Virus record (IMG/VR): IMGVR_UViG_2831987924_000001 | Length of the DNA: 64,000 nucleotides | Origin: a virus | Taxonomy: Duplodnaviria; Caudoviricetes | Strand: one strand, 5' to 3' | Shown here: in pieces, positions 47,101 through 56,454 of the stretch | How the letters are laid out: each line of letters starts with the position of its first letter | How positions within the stretch are numbered: the stretch's first letter is position 1 | Notes under the pieces: generated by a model | Told to the model about the DNA's origin: nothing | What the model saw: only the letters and a program-made list of their open reading frames with translations | The model's database searches: none | Position numbers and translations under genes: made by a program

Positions 47101-47371
47101 CCGTTTCAATTTTGTTTTTTAGTTCGTTAGTCCATTCTTGACGAGTGAAAACGAATAAATTACCACCTGACAGAATTTCACCTGTTACTTCGCAACGTTG
47201 CACTTGTTCATATTTTGAAATGACTTCTTCGACGGCTTTTTCTGTAGGGAAATTGGTCCATCTAACATTGATCGAGCCGGAACGTTCGCAACGTACAGAA
47301 AACTTTGTAAAAGGAAATTTTTCTTTTAACTCTTGACGGATTTTTTTAGCTGTTTCTTTTGTGTTCATCAT
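44165..47371 (-). CDS. Large polyvalent protein (LPD29-like N-terminus, duplicated GIE..F..P...LK..GF.WS...WYAK domain, LPD25-like domain)
   Basis: AKKIRQELKEKFPFTKFSVR; WSES...GYDKT...YEGRID; internal duplication. Confidence 0.7.
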   Translation of the reverse strand: MMNTKETAKKIRQELKEKFPFTKFSVRCERSGSINVRWTNFPTEKAVEEVISKYEQVQRCEVTGEILSGGNLFVFTRQEWTNELKNKIETEVRANYGESYLNDRACYYRAFNETAEKMYLEYLEALESQKEAQQEQPKQPKEAQQEPRHSEAQAKYTLNEQLNGIEISFTSIPSEEVRNELKAQGFRWSKYKKIWYAKQTADRLQFAKMLAGEAKEQMEEVAEQSEEQQDPQQVETLADAYNAHKSLIDLIATNRPFNDALRMTDLKPYIVTLQNAYYDVKENNKYSFVQPIDVYNAVNALQNSELFNILKSEYVTESEHDNTQQAKERLQTEKEQTQKIKVKSITFLWSESPVIKDDTTVTTWEEANKIIKDIAFRKDTGGYDKTAFRVEWEDGGKYEGRIDVQASDLYKSAPLSEHIENFALTMAGMKKPYSWTQEQYESYLNALKSDRESWKNFLDTYMLYDDETPKSPTDPSDQSGERNNSAGNSEIAAIVAEEEQPLQEVLFYHEDLSECQNAKINEILNRHKDNDKFTFVAVYQRQNEAKQAVLHVKTNEGKDLYMSFLLDGSFAFSSHELDYYDRHVYGIKLLHEFTNNSDTIQKLGNEQKEKAVNDTIQEAQKFNNSNNMHELGILQEQSNHDIMNHDTMQEEAKKLNNMPANESLEDLQAKILNNSEQATTLQVSYKINDEKNGIELYFSEKPSEAIREQLKQYGFKWSRQGFWYAKKTNERLNFVQSLLSDSYNSELTDEQRKTLSKRLEKDNVMPLCLFKAKNSDSILLECINTNLDEQKPFYFLIRANGEEIGKGYDSDILNDYVLIHSYDTHNSQDVGEREAYPDINIDDIDTYVIDERLQEAEHAASWIFRTQKRDHTKEIQELFTQYNSKVIDLLEQTDNERIKYYLKKSLQSFKKRYFDNYVKILRHRSENPSWAVTGRGNLNKRKYDKALSRYDKLIQESVELTKQIDATINRAKNEIQKEKEQRIKEAVESVKNELTFTVMTKEIEYMGYKERKRVYMYGDYWTARLWGCFRIFKGNREIHEMKSTDKLEDAKRYIAYLVQQDKESQKVS

Positions 47372-47467
47372 AATTAACTACCTCCATATAATTTATTATA
47401 ATTTACTTAAATTATATCATGGTCATTTAATAAAATCAACTTTTTATATAAAACAAAAGCCCACTCT

Positions 47468-50400
47468 TTAAGAGTGGACAGTGTACGGGATAGCGTAGTT
47501 ATTTGCAATCATTTTAATACCTCTTGCTTCTTCTTGCGTTTTTGGGTAAACGGTTAATGTTTGACGATCTCCTTTTATGCTTAAATATCCATATCCTTCC
47601 CTAATCTCTTTTAGACCTTCTCTCACATTGTTGCGCCAAATTTTAAACTCCTTGTCATTGTTACGTTTAATTTTTTTAAGTACGATCATCATTTAAACCA
47701 TCTCCTTTATTATTATATTTTCCCTACAAGTACATTATAAACCTGCTAATTACTAAAGTCAACGACTAAATTATAAAAGTAACATCGTTTTCAACGCACA
47801 TAAACGGCTTATTTTCGCATTTTGCAGCGTTTAAATGGTATAGCATTAGGGTACTATCTAAAACGCAAAATTGGGCGATTTTAAGCGTATGGGAGCGTGT
47901 GAAGTGGATAGGTGAAGGGAAACAAAATGATTGGCTGAATGTGAAAAAATAATAAAAGCAACCTTCTACCATATTGGCAAAAGGTTGCTCGTTATGGTGG
48001 GAATATGTACATTGTATCAGCTCCAGTCATACGATTAGGAAGTATTCTTTCAAGCGATGTTTAGCAAGTAACCGATCTATAACTGGCTCTACTTCTTCCG
48101 CATAGGCAAGCTCCTTAATTTCATCATCGGTTAGGTTTGGGTAGACTTCATTTATTAAAAATTCGTATGCTTCTTTTAGTTCCTCGCGCTCCTTTTTAAT
48201 TGCGTAATATGATGAAAAGTTATAGATGATCGCCATTTTTATTACCTCACTTTCCATATTATATTTTTCAATATTATTATATTGTTTTCCATTTCAAAAA
48301 TCAACCATTTTTTATATTTTGATACAAAAAATTAACCGATCTTTTTATGATCGGTCGAGAATTCCTTGCTTAATATTGTTAATCCAGTCCTCAACATCTA
48401 AATATAAATCATCGAATGATTTTTCAAACGGATACCATTCGGCGAATAAATCAGCGTCAATGTTTTCGCTTTCGACTTCCTCCATTAATTGTAACCATGC
48501 TTTTTTAAAGTTTTCTAATGCTTGTAATGTATGGTTCAATTTTATTCACTCCTTTTTTATATAAAATCGTGTTTTTATCGTACCTATGAGGGATTAAAAC
48601 TCGGGATTCACTGACGCAATCGGTCACTCCAAAACAGTAAACGTTCTTTCCACAAATCTTTATCGCAAACTCGCAAAGTATTGTTTTTGTCATAGTAGGC
48701 GACAATGTCGCCCATGTCGAGGGCAACATCCCAAATATTGTCATTGTTATTCCAATTGATTTCCCATCCTCCTTCCCAGTCCGAGAAATCATCATTAAGA
48801 GATGAAGCGTTAAGAAAGCAATATAAAGTTCGTTCATCAACCGGAAAAACTCCTTTTTCCGTGATAACCGCATCATAAGCTCCCGTATGGACATAAATTG
48901 CTTGATACATGTTATCATCTCCTTTTTTTAAATTGTAATAAAATCAATGTCTAAAACACTTTTTAGACACTCATTTTATTACAATTCGCTTGCAGGGAAT
49001 TCAATCCCTGCAAGCTATGGAATTATTGCATAACTATGCTTGTCACATACTTATAATAAACATTGTTATATTCATCTGTTTTTTCTTCAAACAGATGAGC
49101 AAACTTTTTCCCGTGTGCTTTCGCTTCTTCTCTTGCTTCGTCAGTGTCTTCGACAATTTGATAATAGAGCTCTGCTCCTTCTTCAATTCGATCAACGGCG
49201 AATTGTGAATTATAAGTGTAGATTGCGAACATTTTAAACACTCCTTTTTTTAATTTATTTTTTTTGGGATCACTCACCTTATCGTCGGCACAAGCTCCCT
49301 TATGCCGACTGTAAGAGAAGCGATCATTTTTAAAAGTGCACGTCTACCAGCAACGGTCAGCGATCAGTATAATCAATGATCACATACTCATCCGGTCGAT
49401 ATTCAACTGTGATGGGACGGATGCGGACGTGCAAGCTTGTCGGTGTGTATTCATCCGTATAGACGATGCCATCGTATTCTTCACCGTCCCAAGCGTCATG
49501 AGACAACCCGACAAGCTCCCCTGTCCGCTGGGAGCGGATAAGCCGGACATCGCGGAACGGTGAGCGGATTTCAAACCATTCTGCCAATTCGTTCGGGAAA
49601 CCCAATTCTTCCCATAGTTCGACTACCGCGTCGAAATCATCTTCTTCTGCTGGAAAATTCGCCGGATTGTCGTTCAATCCACACCAGACGAAATCAGCTG
49701 TCCGGTTCTCAAAGTCGATAGTCACGTATACAACGTCGTCGCCGCGGACTTGATCAAGCCGGTCGGCTTCGGCTTCAAAGTATTTGCGAGCATCAACAGA
49801 AAATTGGACTTTCATAACTTTCTACCTCCATTCATCGTTCCCAAAAATGCTTCCATTTTTAAATTTCCCCTTTCGATTTTTAATTTTTTTAACCTTTCTG
49901 ATTATAGTATATCACCATTTTATTTAGCTGTCAACAATATTTTTTATTATATTTTAGTCGAATTGATCTCATGAAATACTGATTTTATTTAGAGTTATGA
50001 AAATCAATAAATTCATTTAACTTGTATATTGACCATTTATAACAATCTGTTAATTTTTGATATTTGTCATGCATACTACACATGTTGTTAATATCTTCAT
50101 TTTCTAATTTTAATAAATCTGTTTCAAGTTCTTTTGCATCCTTATACCAGTCCAAATAAATAATAGAGCATCTAATATAATAATCACCTTCATAATGTTT
50201 AAATAAATGTAATTCCGGTAAATTTCTTTTGATCAACTTAACGGTTAACAATGTATCAGTGATTCTATAAAATTCATTTGCTGAAATCGTAAATAATTCA
50301 TTAAAGTTTGTGATTTCTTTAAATTTAGGCTTAAATGTTGGATTATCAAAAATAGTCATCCCGTTTTTCGTGTAGTTAAATGAAAATATTGCACTTAGCA

Positions 50401-52707
50401 TTGTGAAGACCTCCTATAAAATCATTTTAAAGTTGATAAATTTAGTTAGGTTGCAGGTGTTCGGCTGTTATTGTGAACACCTGCAGAAATGGTGTCACAT
50501 CATCACCGCTTGATCTTGCAACGCATAGAATTTCTCTTTGTCAAAGCCATATTCGCGTTTAAGTCTGTTATACAGCTTATTCATTTTATAAGTGTATTCT
50601 TGCTGCTTTCGCTCCTGCTTCTCAAAGTGTTCAATTGTGCCATCCCATTGATATTCTTGCAATTCATCCATCCATTTTCTAATAAGTAAAGCGTAGACTT
50701 TCATCATTAATGATCATCTCCTTTTTTTAATGCTTTAAGTATTAAAACAGAATCATGTCGCCGTATTGCTGTTTATATGCTTCGTATTCATCCGGCATAA
50801 TTGAGTAGCATTTTTCCATTTTTACCTTAATGCCTAGACCATTGATCATTTTGTCAATGTAAGCATTCATTTCCTTTTTGTCATCCCATTGTGATACGTT
50901 GATAATAATCATTCTAAACACTCCTTTTTATAATTTTCTTTAAAAGTAATATTTTATCGGCTTGCCATCGTCAGGTAGCAAGTTGCCATCTTGCTACGAC
51001 AAGGGAATAACTTCCCTTGTTTCGGCTTATTCTTCGAAAAATTCATCGAGTAAACGATCAAATTCATATATATTAAATTCATGCATATTAATTTGATTAA
51101 CCATTTCACCAGTCATTTCCTCTTTGTCACGAACGAATTCTTCTACACGGTCAGAAATCGAAAAGTTTAAACGTGTAAATTCTTTTTTCATTTTTTCATT
51201 TCCTCCTTATAATTTTTAATAAAAACCAAACAACAGCCAGCAAACTGTCGTCGCGTGACCGTCACATGTATTATGGTGCTGCTCCCTCTTTCGAGATCGT
51301 CGCCAGCTCCGCTCGGTTTATTGGCTCTTGTTTAGTTTTTATTGCCTTATCTGATTATTATTATACAGGTGATTAGGTGATAAGTCAATAGTTTTTTATA
51401 TTTTAGTTAGATTTTTTGAATAGATCAAAGCAATAAAAAATGACTAGCGGTCAGCTAGTCTTTAAATAATCCATCATTGCAATATATGCTATTGCGTCAG
51501 CATCTTGCAGGCTTTCACCTGCTTCTATGCATGCCTTGTATACAATGTTAGAAGCTTGTTGCATCGTTGATCCTGTTTCCATCGCTTCCATAAAGATTTT
51601 CAGCGCTTTTTCGTGTGTCATTGTGAAACCTCCTTCATCATCTGGTAAACTTCTTCCTTCTCATCATCCGAAACATCATATATAGATGTTATGCCTTCCT
51701 CTTTAATATATTTGTATATTTTGTATATCTTTTGATCGGCTTCAAGAAAACTGATCAGAACTTCTTTTTCATGTCGTTTTGGTTTAACTCTTAATACGAT
51801 GTCAAAGAAGTGTATTATATCTAATTCATACAATCCATTTGCATATGCAAGTTTGACTATTTCTAATTTTTCCGCAAACGAAAGTTTTTTATAAATTACT
51901 TCTGCTTGCTTGCGGCTGATAAAGTTTTTTTGTTCATAATAGCGACAAACCGACTGTATAAATTGATCATTATGATGTTTAACAGCTTCATAAATTGCTT
52001 TAGCTTTGACTCGAGCAACGAACAGCCGGAATTTTTCTTGTTCAATTTTCATGCGTTCAATCTCCGGCAACGCGACGCGCTTCCAACATTCTTTTCCGTA
52101 TGGTCGACCATTCCAAAAAAGCGGTTTTTCGATTGGACGATTACAAGCGGCACATTTCATAATTTGTCGCTCCTTTTATATATTTTACTTACTTATATTA
52201 TACACTTATATCATATAAATATCAATACTTTTATAATTTAGTTAAATAAAAAATGGCTAGCAATTAGCTAGCCATATCAAGTGGAATCATATTATGTTTA
52301 ATAAGTAAATCTAAATGTTGATTTTCGATATATTGCCATTCATTAGCATAAATTAGGTTAATCAAATCAACAAGTATCAATTCTTCGTTTTTTGTTAATT
52401 GGTTTCTGAATTTACTCCATAGTTTACGAGCTTCTTTTGTAGACATTTGCTTTAATACGTTCATTGCCTGCTTTCTTTGCTCCTCTTTTTGTTCCATTTC
52501 ATTTTTTACAAATCCTAATTGCTCCAGCTCTTTAGATACTTTTACAAAATCCTTTTTTCCGTGAATCCATTCAGGAATTTCTATGCCTGCTTGTAAGTGT
52601 CTTTTAATGAATAAATCCCATGCAGCATGCGGATCGTTGTTAGTTTTTAAAAGATATTCGGTTACTTCTTCACGCATCCACTTCATTTGTAATTTATTAC
52701 GTCTCAT
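47468..52707 (-). CDS. Early-region small hypothetical genes (47468-47692, 48027-48257, 48345-48539, 48608-48910, 49023-49277, 49357-49815, 49985-50401, 50495-50707, 51618-52160, 52264-52707)
   Basis: ORFs with RBSs downstream of strong promoters. Confidence 0.65.
50964..51026 (-). ncRNA. Hammerhead ribozyme, type II
   Basis: GCC-GAAAC-[AAGGGAA/TTCCCTT]-GTC-[GTAGCAAG/CTTGCTAC]-CTGACGA-T-GGC; complete catalytic core. Confidence 0.88.
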
Positions 52708-53039
52708 TATGTACCATCTCCTTTAGATTTATTATAATTTTATTAATTCCTTTACTTATAATTATAATGTTTATTGTGATGGATGTAAAGGATATTTATA
52801 TAATTTAGATAAATAAAAATGACTTTCGGCGCTCTTTGCCGAAAGTCACGAATGACGAAACGCGAAGCGTAGCGAGCGTTGAGTTATGAGGAGAAAGGAA
52901 AAGAGTAGCGGGAAGGTGCTACTCTTGGATAGATAAAAATTTGGCTAATTACTTTCCTAATTAAGTAAAATATAAAAAAATGAACATTTAAAGGTTATTA
53001 ATACTCATCTAGTATATATAAGGTTATATTGTTCAATTT

Positions 53040-54254
53040 TTAAAATTTATGATCGAGTCGCTTCTTATCTTTATCAATCAATGTTTCTGTAAGTGTTTTA
53101 GTGTTTTCTATATACTTTTCATTTCTTCTAGCAAGCAATAGCTCGTTTTTGTTTTCGGGAAAATAATTAAAGTCGAAAAATATATCATCAATTTCCTTTG
53201 CTTTTTGGTGACGCTTTTCAGCATTTTCTATTATGCGTTCTTTAACAGCGTTATTAAGTAATTCCTCATAGATTGCCTTTTGCATTACTTCCAGTTTATT
53301 ATGTATTAATTCCTTATCTCTGTTTATGTATTTGCGATTTAATACGATATAATAAGCGTCATAATAATAAAGGATATTAGCACGCTCGAAAAGAATGTCA
53401 TTTACTTCTTTATAAAATTTATTAGCTAATCCCTTTTTATATAATTCTCTTATATAATATTTTTTCTCTTTTTCTTGTTTAGTTGCTTCTTTATAGTAAT
53501 TAGTTGTATCTATACCATACTTTTCAAGTATTTCTTTTTCAGTTTCCATGATTAATTCTATTTCTTCATCGTTTGCCTTTTTGTATCGATGTACTGGCTT
53601 TGTTGGATTAGATGGCTCGTATATATATTGTTCTCCTTCAATTTCTTGATCATTGTAAATCGGTTTTTTGTATCTCTTTACTTTTACCTTGCCTAGTTCA
53701 TTTATTTCTATTTGTGAATCTAAATAACATATTGCGGTTACATATGACCAATGTGCCAGTGATTGTTGACGTAAACGTCTTAATGCGGTTTCTATATTGC
53801 TTGTAAGTGTATTATTCGATGATTCGTAGAAATCTTTTATTTCTTCCTCTGAAATATTTATGTATTCAGATAGTTTATTAGTTTTGTCACGATAAAATAA
53901 GTAATTAGTATTAATCATTTTTAATAAGTATAAAAGTTTACTTTTTGAAAGTAATAACGTTCGTTGTTCCTGTTCCGCATATTCTGCAAAGAGATTAAGA
54001 AGTAATATTTCTATGTAATCAATATAATAAGCTGCATTGTTGCCTAATATACGCTTATCGTCTCTTTCTTTTGGCTCGTTGTATATTTCAGTAATGATAA
54101 ATTTGTGACCGTCTTTTGTATATGAGAAATAGCGTTCCCATTCTTTTAATTGTGCTTTCTTGGAGTTTCCTGCCATTACTTTTTCACCTAATACGCTGCA
54201 AAGTTCTTTGTAGTTTTTAAATGTTTGACCTGCTTTGATGTTGGATAGATTCAT
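53040..54254 (-). CDS. Hypothetical phage protein, 404 aa, possibly DNA-binding or Rep-like
   Basis: FKNYKELC..LGEK..GNSKKAQL N-terminus. Confidence 0.6.
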   Translation of the reverse strand: MNLSNIKAGQTFKNYKELCSVLGEKVMAGNSKKAQLKEWERYFSYTKDGHKFIITEIYNEPKERDDKRILGNNAAYYIDYIEILLLNLFAEYAEQEQRTLLLSKSKLLYLLKMINTNYLFYRDKTNKLSEYINISEEEIKDFYESSNNTLTSNIETALRRLRQQSLAHWSYVTAICYLDSQIEINELGKVKVKRYKKPIYNDQEIEGEQYIYEPSNPTKPVHRYKKANDEEIELIMETEKEILEKYGIDTTNYYKEATKQEKEKKYYIRELYKKGLANKFYKEVNDILFERANILYYYDAYYIVLNRKYINRDKELIHNKLEVMQKAIYEELLNNAVKERIIENAEKRHQKAKEIDDIFFDFNYFPENKNELLLARRNEKYIENTKTLTETLIDKDKKRLDHKF

Positions 54255-54634
54255 GAATCAACCTCCTTTTATTATATTTTAGTTTGGTGTTTGGTTTTAT
54301 TGGTGTTTAATGATCACTACTTTCTATGTGCCTAAAGTTTATTGTATAATAAAATGATGGTTGGTGTCAATGGTATTTTATAATTTGGTTAAATAAAAAA
54401 AAGCTAGTCGAGTGACTAGCTTATCTTTTCATATAATTGGTACATGTTGAATTGTTCGAGATATGAAACGATTTCTATTTTTTCGCCTTGTGGATTGAAT
54501 AGAGTTAAGCCGATGTAGTTTGTCATTGTGAACATCTCCTTGAAATGATTTGTATTGTTTACTATTATTATATTGTATTTAATTAGTGAAGTCAAACATT
54601 TATTATAATTTTGTTAAATAAAAAAAGCAACCTT

Positions 54635-55692
54635 TTAACAAGGTTGCCCAAGTCTTTTCTTTATGTCCATTAGTCTATAGTACATTTGTTCCGCTTCTTG
54701 TTTTACTTGTTTGTAGGTTTTCCCGGCTACTTCGTTTCTATATCCTTTTATCTCGAAGTTGAATTTTGCTACTATTTGAAAATTGTAGTTTCTTGTTTCG
54801 TCTTTGTAAATTTTGCCTACTTCTTTCCCATTTACTAGCATGATGTATTCTTTACCATTTTTAATGAATTCCATTTGTAATAACTCCTTTATTATAATTT
54901 TAATTATTTACTTACTTATATTTTAATGCTTGCATAGTTTAAAGTCAATAGTATTATTATATTTTTATCAAATAAAAAAAGAGTAGTTTTTACTACTCTA
55001 TATATAACAGTATCCCAGATCATCGGCTAATTCTGATAATGTCGTATATTTTAATACTTCTTGTAAGGTTGTGCCATTTTCTATACATTCTTGCTCGATG
55101 AGTTTGATAATATCCTCATTTGTGCGTATTTGAATGATAGCAACGTCTAAACGTTCAAGGTCTGTTTTGTATGGTGCATTGTCAATGTCTTTGATGTAAC
55201 CGTAAAATATACCATTGCCTATTGAATCGGCTTGCCATGAATGATCGCATGGGAAAGGGCGTTGAGCGCAAAGGACTGTATAACCGCTTTGAAATGCTTC
55301 TTTCATTTCAGGAGTAAATGAAGGATGTAAAGGATTAATGTATAATGTTTTCATGCGATTTCCTCCTTTAAGATGTATTCAGCGATTTCACCTTTTAGTA
55401 TTATTATATTATCTTTTATTAGATCGGATAATGTGTCATATGTACGATGTCCTAACGGTTGCATGTTACGGTCAAAGTCGGTTATTTGATACGTTTTGTC
55501 ATAGAAAGATGGTGAAATGATGTAAGTTAGAAAGTCAGTTTTGATTGTGCATGCTTGGTATTTGGATAGTGTAGTGATCATTTTTTCGGTTTGCTGTTTC
55601 TCCCATGCTTTGTATTGTTGGCGATATTCTTTGTCTTTTAGGTAGCGTTTGGAGTGTTCGAGCCCTTTGAGCGGTTGAAACATGATGATCAT
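54635..55692 (-). CDS. Three small early genes (54635-54874, 54998-55354, 55351-55692)
   Basis: ORFs with RBSs and promoters. Confidence 0.6.
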
Positions 55693-56454
55693 CTCCTTTG
55701 GGTTACTTTACTATTATTATAATTTAGTTTGATTTGGGAGTCAATACTTTTTTTATAACTTGTTTATAATGTGGATAAGTTTGTGGAAAGGATGTGGGTA
55801 GAGTGTGAGTGAAATTTAATATCAATTTGAGATAAATTTATTATATATTTATCTTATTTTGATATTGATGTCATCGCGCTGCCTCGGCTTGTTATGAAAC
55901 CGACCAAATGACTAAATTTGTATTTTGGTCAGTTTTGTTGGGATTAAATGGGATTTTTATTGGCTGCAAGATGGATCATGTGAGAATGAAATATAAAAAT
56001 GATGGTGAGAGCAATCTCCTATATAACAAACATTATGCAGGCAATTCAAAAGGTATCCGGGGCTGTTTTACATCCTAAAAATGGAAATAAATGGAAATTT
56101 TTGGCATAGCACATTCTCTCATGCACCCTTAAAATTTTCCAGTCGATTACCAAAAAATTTTTCTAATTTCTACCAAAAATCACCCATTTTCAATCGCAAA
56201 TGCAATCGCAAACCCCTTGATATTCCTGCATTTTTCACACTTCCCACTTTCTCAATTTTACCCATTTTCTCCTCAAAATCCACCAAAAACCCTTGTCATA
56301 CAAGGCTTTTCACGATACACACCCATCGATTCACCTGTCTCAATCTACCCAATCATTCAAAAATCCTTGTCATATCAACATTTTCACATATTTCACCCAA
56401 CCTCTCACGATAACCAATTTTCAACCTCACGATAAACAAAAAAAGAGTAGGTCG

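Larger units (their letters stand above)
47413..55744 (-). promoter_or_regulatory. Series of about 10 near-consensus sigmaA promoters, often preceded by a terminator hairpin
   Basis: TTGACT-17-TATAAT at 47762-47734 and 55744-55716; similar near 47440, 48304, 49934, 51387, 52225, 54595, 54948. Confidence 0.8.

Noticed and set aside
49268-49325. Ribozyme in the long intergenic hairpin
   Set aside because: No recognisable catalytic core; only an extended stem
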